Source: Macrostomum lignano
Lineage: Eukaryota
DNA length: 64,000 bases
Assembly (NCBI GenBank): GCA_002269645.1
Contig: NIVC01003576.1
Coordinates: 1 to 64,000, forward strand
Reading direction: 5' to 3'
Part shown: piece by piece, positions 52,370-64,000 of the stretch
Layout: each line of letters opens with the position of its first letter
Position numbering within the stretch: the stretch's first letter is position 1
Program-made: the position numbers and the translations under genes
Notes under the pieces: model-generated
Databases searched by the model: none
The model's input: the letters and a program-made list of their open reading frames with translations, nothing else
What the model was told of the DNA's origin: nothing

Positions 52370-53068
52370 ACTACGTCCGTATTCTTTAGGCTGGGAATTT
52401 TTGCGACTTACCCCTGGTCCACCACAATTTACGGTGGCCAGATCGGCCAGGTCGGCCAGCAGTTGCGCATGTATGAATATACTAGGCTAAAAAAATCTAT
52501 AAAAATGTGCATAATAAAAAACTATGGTCACCTAGGGAGGGATAGGAGAATAATCACCCTCTAGGGGGGATGGGAAGAAAGTCACATAGGAGCTACAGCC
52601 TCCTTTGCCCCATCTCATCTGTACCACCAAAAGATTTATTGCAATAAAAATTTTAATTTTTTAATATGTATATTATCATTTTTTTATTTTAGATCAATAA
52701 ATTTAACATCATTTCATGCCCATTAGGGCCCATCCTCAAGGCACAGGAAATGTACATGCCTGATAGTTAGAAAGTCAGGCTTCTGTACACTATTTATGCT
52801 TGTCTGCATAGTGTCAGTAATACCATGCTGGTATGTTCTCAGCAGTCAGATAAACAGGTTAAACTGCCTCACCACTCGTTACTTGACAATTTCAGATTGC
52901 CTGCAATCCATTAAAAACCTTCTATTTAGGTCTTTATAGTTTAAAAGTACTGCAACCAATAAACTAGTTAGATGGCGACTTATTTGCCGAAATAACTAAG
53001 TGCATAGTTACTACCGCCTATATACCCTAATAAAATATATATTTAAAATTCAGGCTCAAACCAAGACA

Positions 53069-55758
53069 ATGCCGAACAAGAACAAGTCGGCAGTGAATGC
53101 ATCTAATAGTGGGCCGCCTCGGCCCGACAGCAATGACAATAAGAAACAGAAAACTAATAAAAAGCCAAAGAAAGATGATGCCAGCTCCATAGTTGGCCTG
53201 AAGCAGCGCCTGAGCAGCATCCGCAACAAGCAGCGCAGGCAGGCCGCCTACCAGCAGGTCCGACAGGCCGAGCGTAAGGCCAAGGAGGCCGCCGTGAAGC
53301 TTCGCCGACGAAATGGTGCCGACAACGGCGCTGCCGGCCCAGCCAAGGAGCCACACACGCTGGAATCGCTGCGCCTGCCGGATGCCACCATGACTGGCCC
53401 GGCTGGGGACGCTGAGGTCGATGCTGAGGAGGCAGCCGACGAGTTTGCCGACATTCTTGACGCTGCTGGCGCTGGAGGCGAAGGTTGGCTACCGGATAAT
53501 TGCGGCTTATTCTTTCGCGTTGCTGTTTTTACCTAGGGGTGCCATTTTTACCTAAAGGTGCCATCTTTACCTAGGGGTGCCATTTTTACCTAAGGGTTGC
53601 CATTTTTACTTGGGGTGCCATCTTTACCTAGGGGTGCCATTTTTACCTAAGGGTTGCCATTTTTACTTGGGGTGCCATCTTTACCTAGGGGTGCCATTTT
53701 TACCTAAGGGTTGCCATTTTTACTTGGGGTGCCATCTTTACCTAGGGGTGCCATTTTTACTTAGGGTGCCATTTTTACCTAGGATTGCCATTTTTCCTAG
53801 GGGTGCCATTTTTACCTAGGGGTGCCAGTTTTACCTAGAGGTGCCATTTTTACCTAGGGGTGCCATATTTACCTAGGGGTGCCATTTTTCCTAGGGGTGC
53901 CATTTTTATCTGTGAATGCCATTTTTACCTAGAGGTGCCATTTTACCTAGAGGTGCAATTTTTACCTAGAAGTGCCATTTTTACTAAGGGTGCCATTAAG
54001 GGTTGCCATTTTTACCCAGAGGTGCCATTTTACCTTGGGAGGGGTGCCATTTTGTCACATTGGTACTGCCTTACGCATGGGTTTCCATATTTTTACCCAA
54101 GAAGCCATTTTTCTGCAATCGGTCAAATCTCAAAAAAATTCGATTTCCCCACCCCCAGGCCAAGCCCGCCTGCCCCGCCTGCTGGTCACTCACGCCGACG
54201 AGGTCGGCCGACGCACAGCCGCCTTCTGCCGTTGCCTGGCGCGCACCGTCCCCAACGCCGTGTTCTGCCGGCGTCGCCGACTGCCTCTCGGTCGGGTGCT
54301 CGCCGCCGCCAAGGCCAAGGAGTTCACCGCTGTGATGGTGCGCGATAATTTATCTACACGTTTTTGAAATTTAGCAGCCTGTCTTTATTAAGCTACTGTT
54401 AGTAGAGCGAATTGCATTTTTTTATCTTGTATTTGTGATAACACAGAGCTTGCATATTTATGCCTTTAGTGTTCAAAGTTACCATGGACTCATTTCGATA
54501 ATTGATGCTTTATTTAAATCATTAATTTTTAATCTTCAATGGGTTGTAGCCTAGTGATTGGAGCGTCGGATACACGACTGAAAGGTCGGGGGTTCGATTC
54601 TCGACCCACTCGAAACAATTTGTGTCCTTGAGCAAGACGCTTAACTCTGCATTGCTTCAGTTCACCCAGCTGTAAAATGGGTGCCAGCATTAGCTGGGGT
54701 AAATTGAGGGTGTGTGTGGCGACCCTCCCAGTCCTTGGACTGAACAGCCGTACGCAGCCTTCAGATGCGCCGCGCAATAGCTGCGGCTGAGCTGTCGGTT
54801 GCACATCTGGCCATTAGGGCAGGTGTAATCAATTATTAATATTCTTTAAATGCACTTCTTGAATTCGGAATCAATTGCAGCTCGAAAAATCTTACGCTTA
54901 ATTCAGTGTTGAAAGTTAATTAATTTCGATACATATCGGCAGTCGATCTTTTTAACGCCTTCTTAAAGACAGACAAATCAGAAAAATCTCCAGTGTTTAA
55001 ATGTACTTTTCGATACATATCGTTAAATCATTTTTCAATCTAATCTTGATTTAATATATCGCAGATTTAATAAAAATCCCCATTCCGAAAAAAGTTCTTT
55101 TCGATACATGTCGGTAATCGATCCTACCTAGGTTAGCAATGCCTCAGATCAGAAAAATCCCTGATTCTATTTGATGTACTCCCAAAGTCTTAATCGTAGG
55201 TCGGAAATCATCCTGTGTTTAAATTTAATTTCGATACATATCGGTAACTTTGGTCTAACGCAGATAATTGGCGAGCACGACAAGAAGCCGTGCACCGCCC
55301 TGCTAACCCACCTACCGGCTGGGCCCACCTTCGCCTTCCGCCTGTCGAGCGTCCGGCTGCCCCGCGAGCTGCCCCGACCGCCCGAGGACGACAAGCCGGA
55401 GACCGTGGCGCCGCAGGTGCTCTGCAATCGATTCCACACCCGTCTGGGCCGTCGGGTCGCCCGCGGCCTGGCCGCCATCTTCCCAGGCGCCAGCGGTGTG
55501 CGCCGGCACGCCCGTGTGGTGACTTTTCACAATCAGCGCGACTACGTGTTCTTCCGGCACCATCGCTACATCCTGCGCCAGCCTGGGTCCGGCGCCAAAC
55601 CAGGCGCCAAGCCGCGCTGCGCTCTGCAAGAGGTCGGGCCCAGGTTCACCCTGAAGCTGCGCTCGCTGCAAACCGGACCGCTTGGCGCCGGCGGCGGCTA
55701 CGAGTGGCTGCACAAACGGCACGAGATGGACCAGAGTAGGAGGCGCTTCTTTCTCTGA
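53069..55758 (+). CDS. RPF1: Ribosome production factor 1 (Brix domain); exons 53069-53483, 54159-54337, 55264-55758
   Basis: Recognisable motifs are IRNKQRR, EPHTLESLR, DEFAD, PRLLVT, THLPAGPTFAFRLSSV, NRFHTRLGRRV, VVTFHNQRDYVFFRHHRY, LQEVGPRFTLKL and the C-terminus YEWLHKRHEMDQSRRRFFL. Both introns are phase-consistent GT-AG. Confidence 0.93.
53528..54050 (+). repeat. ~19-20 bp minisatellite (TTTTACCTAGGGGTGCCAT) in RPF1 intron 1
   Basis: Direct degenerate tandem copies. Confidence 0.9.
54541..54830 (+). mobile_element. tRNA-derived SINE with CORE-like central domain, in RPF1 intron 2
   Basis: It has an A box (TAGCCTAGTGA) and a B box (GGTTCGATTCT). These are followed by TGTGTCCTTGAGCAAGACGCTTAAC...CAGCTGTAAAATGGG, which resembles the MIR/CORE consensus. 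A second copy lies at 61939-62142. Confidence 0.82.
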
Positions 55759-55849
55759 TTTTGGCGCCACCTGGCGTGTCTCACACCGGTTTCTGCTGGC
55801 TAACTGACTGCCTGCCATTGTGCTTCCTCACGCGATCTCGTCTCGATAC

Positions 55850-56230
55850 CGCCCTTCCGTCTCTTCCGCCCCTCTTCCCGTCTCTTCCGCCCCTCCTCCC
55901 GTCTCTTCCGCCCCTCCTCCCGTCTCTTCCGCCCCTCCTCTCGTCTCTTCCGCCCCTCCTCCCGTCTCTTCCGCCCCTCTTCCCGTCTCTTCCGCCCCTC
56001 CTCTCGTCTCTTCCGCCCCTCCTCCCGTCTCTTCCGCCCCCTTCTCCCGTCTCTTCCACCCCTCCTCCCGTCTCTTCCGCCCCCTTCTCCCGTCTCTTCC
56101 GCCCCTCATCCCGTCTCTTCCACCCGTCCTCCCGTCTCTTCCGCCCCTCCTCCCGTCTCTTCCACCCCTCCTCCCATCTCTTCCGCCCCTTTCCCGTTTC
56201 TTCCGCTTTTTTTTCAGTCTATTCCCCCCT
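55850..56230. repeat. 21-bp C-rich repeat (CCCGTCTCTTCCGCCCCTCCT) downstream of the RPF1 stop
   Basis: Direct tandem copies. Confidence 0.9.
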
Positions 56231-56934
56231 CCTCCCATCTCTCTCTCCCATCCCCTCCTCCCTTCCACTCAATTAAAACAATTAAATCAGCGTTCTCTTG
56301 CAATTTGGCCGAAGCGATTAAGTCTATACGAGTGTTATTTGACTGATAAAATATAATAACTGTTAATATAATATGATGTGCATTTCGTTGGCGCATTTTG
56401 TTTAATAAAAAATAATTCAACGCCAAGTTGATAGTTATATTAGCAAGTAGCTTCCTAAAAGAAGCGTCGCTTTTCACAGAACGGTGAAGCAGCGGCGAGA
56501 AAGGGGGAGAGAGAGAGCGAGAGCGAGAACATGCTGTTTAAATTTATAGCTACCAGCTGTGCAGTTCGAGAGTGCCGCCAAAATTCCACTTTTCTTAGTC
56601 TCTCTTAGCGTCTTGTTGTACCCTGAAGCCAAAGCTTATTTTGTGTCGGGTATTTGTTTTTGCCTCGGGCAAATTTATCTCGGATGGCTTCGGCCATAGA
56701 CTATAAAACGGCGCGGCTGGAATTGCTTCGGCCATAGACGAATATATCTAAACTCATTTGTCATTTCAAGTATTGCCTTAATGGCCCTGGAAGCGACGCT
56801 GGGTTGCCCAATCCCAAATTTTATACATTGGCTGGACGAGCTTCAGAGCACAGCAGCACGCTCTCACACAATTAGGCTTGACTTCGGTCTTGCTTCAACT
56901 GCGGAAGATTGCTGGATGGTGAATATGTTGGAGT

Positions 56935-57255
56935 CTAGAATCGGTTGCTAAGGCTGCTTAAAATGTGTTGTTGCTAGGAAGGCTTGCTACTAGAGTCTAG
57001 AATCGATAATCAGTTGCCAAGGACGCCAAGAATGGTAAATCGGTTGCTAGGGACGCACAGAATCGAAAACCGGTTGCTAAGGACGCCTAGAATCGACAAT
57101 CGGTTTCTAATGACACCTAAAACCGGTAATTGGTTTCTAAGATCGCCTAGAATTGATAATCGGTTGCTAAGGACGCGTAGAATCGATAATCGGTTGCTAA
57201 GGACGCGTAGAATCGATAATCGGTTGCTAAGGACGCGTAGAACCGGTCGCCAAGG
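56935..57255 (+). repeat. ~30-bp degenerate repeat (TAGAATCGATAATCGGTTGCTAAGGACGCG)
   Basis: About 10 copies, most homogeneous at the 3' end. Confidence 0.85.
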
Positions 57256-57736
57256 AGCCTCCAAATGCATTTAAATTGTCCATAATTCTTACTACATAAC
57301 TTTGCAGGGCCAATACTGTACATGTGTAGCTCGCATATCTGGAATTTCCTTCCTTCATATAACTGGTGCAACAATCGCTTTATCAATTTCCGTCTTTGCA
57401 CTTATGAAAGCAGACGCGCGTGCATCCATGGATGCATTATCTGCACTTTTCCATTATCCATTATCTAATTGAAAGATATTGTTCGCTATAGCTATGGTCG
57501 TCAGCCTGAATTGGCTGTGGCAATATATTTCCTGCAGCGGGTTCGTCTACGCAAGGCACAGGACCAGCAATAACCAGGAAATGGTGCGGATAGCAGCTGC
57601 TGCTTTTGCTTTTAATGCTTTCCTGTTACCGCGTTGCTGGATGCTGCGGCTCGAGTTTAGGGGGTTGGACCGGGTACGCAGAGGAGAATTATCCCAAAAA
57701 CGTTAGTTTCAATTATTTTTGTCAGAGGCTGGTCTC

Positions 57737-60700
57737 ACATGTAATCAGTATGGTGTGCTAGTGTTTTACATGTAATCAGTATGGTGTGCTAGTGTTCTAC
57801 ATGTAATCAGTATGGTGTGCTAGTGTTCTACATGTAATCAGTATGGTGTGCTAGTGTTTTACATGTAATCAGTATGGTGTGCTAGTGTTCTACATGTAAT
57901 CAGTAATGGTGTGCTAGTGTTCTACATGTAATCAGTATGGTGTGCTAGTGTTCTACATGTAATCAGTATGGTGTGCTAGTGTTCTACATGTAATCAGTAT
58001 GGTGTACTAGTGTTCTACATGTAATCAGTATGGTGTGCTAGTGTTCTACATGTAATCAGTATGGTGTGCTAGTGTTCTACATGTAATCAGTATGGTGTGC
58101 TAGTGTTCTACATGTAATCAGTATGGTGTGCTAGTGTTCTACATGTAATCAGTATGGTGTGCTAGTGTTCTACATGTAATCAGTATGGTGTGCTAGTGTT
58201 CTACATGTAATCAGTATGGTGTGCTAGTGTTCTACATGTAATCAGTATGGTGTGCTAGTGTTCTACATGTAATCAGTATGGTGTGCTAGTGTTCTACATG
58301 TAATCAGTATGGTGTGCTAGTGTTCTACATGTAATCAGTATGGTGTGCTAGTGTTCTACATGTAATCAGTATGGTGTGCTAGTGTTCTACATGTAATCAG
58401 TATGGTGTGCTATGTGCTAATGTTCTACATGTAATCAGTATGGTGTGCTAGTGTTCTACATGTAATCAGTATGGTGTGCTAGTGTTCTACATGTAATCAG
58501 TATGGTGTGCTAGTGTTTTACATGTAATCAGTATGGTGTGCTAGTGTTCTACATGTAATCAGTAATGGTGTGCTAGTGTTCTACATGCAATCAGTATGGT
58601 GTGCTAGTGTTCTACATGTAATCAGTATGGTGTGCTAGTGTTCTACATGCAATCAGTATGGTGTGCTAGTGTTCTACATGTAATCAGTATGGTGTGCTAG
58701 TGTTCTACATGTAATCAGTATGGTGTGCTAGTGTTCTACATGTAATCAGTATGGTGTGCTAGTGTTCTACATGTAATCAGTATGGTGTGCTAGTGTTCTA
58801 CATGTAATCAGTATGGTGTGCTAGTGTTCTACATGTAATCAGTATGGTGTGCTAGTGTTCTACATGTAATCAGTATGGTGTGCTAGTGTTCTACATGTAA
58901 TCAGTATGGTGTGCTAGTGTTCTACATGTAATCAGTATGGTGTGCTAGTGTTCTACATGTAATCAGTATGGTGTGCTAGTGTTCTACATGTAATCAGTAT
59001 GGTGTGCTAGTGTTCTACATGTAATCAGTATGGTGTGCTAGTGTTCTACATGCAATCAGTATGGTGTGCTAGTGTTCTACATGTAATCAGTATGGTGTGC
59101 TAGTGTTCTACATGCAATCAGTATGGTGTGCTAGTGTTCTACATGTAATCAGTATGGTGTGCTAGTGTTCTACATGTAATCAGTATGGTGTGCTAGTGTT
59201 CTACATGTAATCAGTATGGTGTGCTAGTGTTCTACATGTAATCAGTATGGTGTGCTAGTGTTCTACATGTAATCAGTATGGTGTGCTAGTGTTCTACATG
59301 TAATCAGTATGGTGTGCTAGTGTTCTACATGTAATCAGTATGGTGTACTAGTGTTCTACATGTAATCAGTATGGTGTGCTAGTGTTCTACATGTAATCAG
59401 TATGGTGTGCTAGTGTTCTACATGTAATCAGTATGGTGTGCTAGTGTTCTACATGTAATCAGTATGGTGTGCTAGTGTTCTACATGTAATCAGTATGGTG
59501 TGCTATGTGCTAATGTTCTACATGTAATCAGTATGGTGTGCTAGTGTTCTACATGTAATCAGTATGGTGTGCTAGTGTTCTACATGTAATCAGTATGGTG
59601 TGCTAGTGTTTTACATGTAATCAGTATGGTGTGCTAGTGTTCTACATGTAATCAGTAATGGTGTGCTAGTGTTCTACATGCAATCAGTATGGTGTGCTAG
59701 TATTCTACATGTAATCAGTATGGTGTGCTAGTGTTCTACATGTAATCAGTATGGTGTGCTAGTGTTCTACATGTAATCAGTATGGTGTGCTAGTGTTCTA
59801 CATGTAATCAGTATGGTGTGCTAGTGTTCTACATGTAATCAGTATGGTGTGCTAGTGTTCTACATGTAATCAGTATGGTGTGCTAGTGTTCTACATGTAA
59901 TCAGTATGGTGTGCTAGTGTTCTACATGCAATCAGTATGGTGTGCTAGTATTCTACATGTAATCAGTATGGTGTGCTAGTGTTCTACATGTAATCAGTAT
60001 GGTGTGCTAGTGTTCTACATGTAATCAGTATGGTGTACTAGTGTTCTACATGTAATCAGTATGGTGTGCTAGTGTTCTACATGTAATCAGTATGGTGTAC
60101 TAGTGTTCTACATGTAATCAGTATGGTGTGCTAGTGTTCTACATGTAATCAGTATGGTGTGCTAGTGTTCTACATGTAATCAGTATGGTGTGCTAGTGTT
60201 CTACATGTAATCAGTATGGTGTGCTAGTGTTCTACATGTAATCAGTATGGTGTGCTAGTGTTCTACATGTAATCAGTATGGTGTGCTAGTGTTCTACATG
60301 TAATCAGTATGGTGTGCTAGTGTTCTACATGTAATCAGTATGGTGTGCTAGTGTTCTACATGCAATCAGTATGGTGTGCTAGTGTTCTACATGTAATCAG
60401 TATGGTGTGCTAGTGTTCTACATGTAATCAGTATGGTGTGCTAGTGTTCTACATGTAATCAGTATGGTGTGCTAGTGTTCTACATGTAATCAGTATGGTG
60501 TGCTAATGTTCTACATGTAATCAGTATGGTGTGCTAGTGTTCTACATGTAATCAGTAATGGTGTGCTAGTGTTCTACATGTAATCAGTATGGTGTGCTAG
60601 TGTTCTACATGTAATCAGTATGGTGTGCTAGTGTTCTACATGTAATCAGTATGGTGTACTAGTGTTCTACATGTAATCAGTATGGTGTGCTAGTGTTCTA

Positions 60701-61916
60701 CATGTAATCAGTATGGTGTGCTAGTGTTCTACATGTAATCAGTATGGTGTGCTAGTGTTCTACATGTAATCAGTATGGTGTGCTAGTGTTCTACATGTAA
60801 TCAGTATGGTGTGCTAGTGTTCTACATGTAATCAGTATGGTGTGCTAGTGTTCTACATGTAATCAGTATGGTGTGCTAGTGTTCTACATGTAATCAGTAT
60901 GGTGTGCTAGTGTTCTACATGTAATCAGTATGGTGTGCTAGTGTTCTACATGTAATCAGTATGGTGTGCTAGTGTTCTACATGTAATCAGTATGGTGTGC
61001 TAGTGTTCTACATGTAATCAGTATGTAATCAGTATGGTGTTCTACATGTAATCAGTATGGTGTGCTAGTATTCTACATGTAATCAGTATGGTGTGCTAGT
61101 GTTCTACATGTAATCAGTATGGTGTGCTAGTGTTCTACATGTAATCAGTATGGTGTGCTAGTGTTCTACATGTAATCAGTATGGTGTGCTAGTGTTCTAC
61201 ATGTAATCAGTATGGTGTGCTAGTATTCTACATGTAATCAGTATGGTGTGCTAGTGTTCTACATGTAATCAGTATGGTGTGCTAGTGTTCTACATGTAAT
61301 CAGTATGGTGTGCTAGTGTTCTACATGTAATCAGTATGGTGTGCTAGTGTTCTACATGTAATCAGTATGGTGTGCTAGTGTTCTACATGTAATCAGTATG
61401 GTGTGCTAGTGTTCTAGATGCAATCAGTATGGTGTGCTAGTGTTCTACATGTAATCAGTATGGTGTGCTAGTATTCTACATGTAATCAGTATGGTGTGCT
61501 AGTGTTCTACATGTAATCAGTATGGTGTGCTAGTGTTCTACATGTAATCAGTATGGTGTGCTAGTGTTCTAGATGCAATCAGTATGGTGTGCTAGTATTC
61601 TACATGTAATCAGTATGGTGTGCTATGTGCTAATGTTCTACATGTAATCAGTATGGTGTGCTAGTGTTCTACATGTAATCAGTATGGTGTGCTAGTGTTC
61701 TACATGTAATCAGTATGGTGTGCTAGTGTTCTACATGTAATCAGTATGGTGTGCTAGTGTTCTACATGTAATCAGTATGGTGTGCTAGTGTTCTACATGT
61801 AATCAGTATGGTGTGCTAGTGTTCTACATGTAATCAGTATGGTGTGCTAGTGTTCTACATGTAATCAGTATGGTGTGCTAGTGTTCTACATGTAATCAGT
61901 ATGGTGTGCTAGTGTT
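57737..61916 (+). repeat. 31-bp satellite (TACATGTAATCAGTATGGTGTGCTAGTGTTC), ~4.2 kb
   Basis: About 135 highly homogeneous tandem copies. Confidence 0.98.
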
Positions 61917-61938
61917 CTAGCACACCAATGGGCACAGC

Positions 61939-62142
61939 TACCTCAATGGGCAGATGTGCAACCGACAGCTCAGCCGCAGCTATTGTGTGGCCCATCTAAA
62001 GGCTGCGTACGGCTGTTCAGTCCGAAGACTGCAGAGTTAATTGTCTTGCTCAAGGACACAAATTGTTCCGAGTTGGTCGGGAATCGAACCCTCGACCTTT
62101 CAGTCGTGAATCCGACGCTCTAACCACTGGGCTACGGCCCCC
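61939..62142 (-). mobile_element. Second tRNA-derived SINE copy with internal deletion
   Basis: The minus strand reads GGGGCCGTAGCCCAGTGGTTAGAGCG...GGTTCGATTCCC...TGTGTCCTTGAGCAAGAC. It jumps directly to the 3' segment (GGACTGAACAGCCGTACGCAGCC) shared with the copy at 54541. Confidence 0.82.
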
Positions 62143-62317
62143 TAGTTATGATAACATAGATGGGGAGAGCAGGGGGACATGTCCCCTCTCCAGTGAAACC
62201 TTTGGGGGGGACATACCAATGCTTTGTCCCCCCCCCAACCCCACCTTGTAACCCGTTTTGGGAATCAATAATTTTGCTTCAGGTCGACAAAACGTAGCGC
62301 CCGTGTTCTTTTATTAT

Positions 62318-64000
62318 TGACTTACTTTGACTTACTTGACTTAGCTGCAGGAGGCTCCGTGCGTCCGGAAACAGCGAGGAGGCGTTTCCGCCCATTTCGC
62401 TAGCCCCTGGCGACCACGGGCAGCTGGTGCTGCGGTGTTGCGCAGGGAGTTCCGGTGGCGCCGGTGTCCGCAGCGCGGTCCCCCTCCGGAGAGTTCAGGA
62501 GGTGGATTGTCGCTCGCCCGGTAGCCCTTAGATAGCGGACGAGCTGGCCGAGATTCTCGGGCCTGAAAACGTCGGAGAGGTCCGGGTTTGGGCCGAGGTA
62601 GGTGAGCCTGTCCTGAGTAAAGGCGGGGCATTCACAGATGAAGTGCTCCGCATTCTCGACACCGGAGAGGCAGAATGGGCATTCCTCACTGTGGATTTTC
62701 CCCTGGAGGTGACGATGCCTGGCAAAGCAGCCATGACCCGAGAGGGCCATGGTCACCGTCCTGATGTCCCTGCGGTTGAGTCCAAACAGGGCCCGGCAGT
62801 CGGGGGCGTTAGCCCACCTCTCCCTGTGCTTAGAAGCCACCCACTGGTTGATCCGAGTGGTGACAACGGCGATGGGGGTGGGGGCCACGGGCAGGGGACC
62901 AGTGAAAGAACCGGTCGAGCCAGCCTTGGCCAGGCGATCGGACAACTCGTTGCCGGGGTGGCCCGAATGCCCGGGGATCCACCTTAGGGACACCTTGTTA
63001 GAGGTGCCTAAGCGGTTGAGCTGCCCGATACAGTCGAGGACTGTACGCGAGCAGGTGGTGGCGCGCTCAAGGGCGTGAATCGCCGCTTGACTGTCTGAGT
63101 GGAGGGTAATCTCCTTCAGCTCCATGGCGCAGGAGCTGATGGCGAGAATCGAAGACGGTGGAGTAGGTGCCGGTGTGTTGGGAGAAGGTCACCACAGTTC
63201 TCCCTCCAGACACGATGCAGTAGCCGACAAGTGCGACACGCGCAATAGCACGACAAGCGCGGCCTTGCACCCTATTTAGTGCCTCAAGAACCCCTTTCAC
63301 CTCTAGGGCACTATTCCAAACTATTCCAAATGAAGCCGGCGAAGGAGATGGCCGGTCTAACAATGACAGTGTAAATCCACCAGAGGCGGACACCCAACCA
63401 ATCACCCATGAAAGCATCCAACCCCCGTCGGCGGGGGGTGAGGCCCCAGGTAGCACCGAAAGCTCTGCGGATCTGCGCGAGAGTCGCGAGAGCTTTGCGG
63501 GCTTTGGTTTGGCCGTGCGGGGTCCAACTCAACCTGTGGTCGAGAGTGACGCCCAGACATCTGGTTTGTTTCTCTATGGCAACGGGTTTGCCATAGAGGG
63601 AGAGCGGTTCGATCCTCCAGTTTCGGCGGCTGGTGAACATGATAGCCACGGTTTTAGACTCAGAGAACCTGAGACCGCAGGTATGTGCCCAGCGCTCGGC
63701 ACGGTGGATGAAGGCTTGAAGGAGGTCCCTGAGGACCGCGGGTGATGGTCCAGCCACAGTGGCGGTAACATCGTCCGCATAGCCGACCTTCTGAACTGGG
63801 TCCGGATTCGGGCTGCAAAGCAGCTCGTCCATGACTAAATTCCAGAGGATCGGGCTGAGGACTCCACCTTGCGGTCGCCTTTCTGGACTTCCACGGAGCG
63901 TGAGTGTCCCAGGAGGTGCGAGGTGGCAGTACGATGGGAGACCATGTACATGATCCAGCGAGTGAGGTGCTCGTGCGTGCCCCAGGATTCCAGGGCCCGC
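62318..64000 (-). mobile_element. Non-LTR retrotransposon of the R1/LOA group with RT, RNase H and CCHC zinc knuckle; degenerate and running off the window
   Basis: Motifs include [72 protein letters not shown] and [18 protein letters not shown]. The 3' tail is (TAAGTCAA)-like repeats at ~62318-62345. Confidence 0.9.

Noticed and set aside
54541-54615. tRNA gene (also 62070-62142)
   Set aside because: The acceptor and anticodon stems do not close properly, and the sequence continues into a shared SINE body.
57479-57706. Possible exon or short ORF
   Set aside because: There is no convincing splice pair or recognisable protein motif on either strand.

Overview
This is a eukaryotic (animal) genomic window: GC-rich spliced exons sit in AT-rich DNA packed with minisatellites and transposon remnants. 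That style resembles a free-living flatworm such as Macrostomum, but the species call is inference only. Six protein-coding genes could be reconstructed by hand from GT-AG junctions: a tetraspanin (+, exon 1 disrupted), a putative death-domain plus SEFIR/TIR-like adaptor (-), an SLC17/sialin-VGLUT-family transporter (+), a short neuropeptide precursor ending in an allatotropin-like amidated peptide (-), CFAP298 (+) and RPF1 (+). Almost every intron carries its own tandem-repeat family. Mobile DNA includes three kinds of non-LTR retrotransposon fragment, two tRNA-derived CORE-like SINEs, a mariner derivative with ~200-bp inverted repeats and several small hairpin or MITE-like elements. The strongest leads are (i) the allatotropin-like precursor, (ii) the DD+SEFIR-like adaptor, (iii) a 64-nt piece of 28S rDNA covering the R2/I-PpoI target site, altered at the cut site and enclosed in a 20-bp inverted repeat, and (iv) an SLC17 with basic-to-acidic changes at substrate-site positions. 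All calls are from manual reading and no database searches were run. Most long ORFs in the supplied track are translations of tandem repeats.
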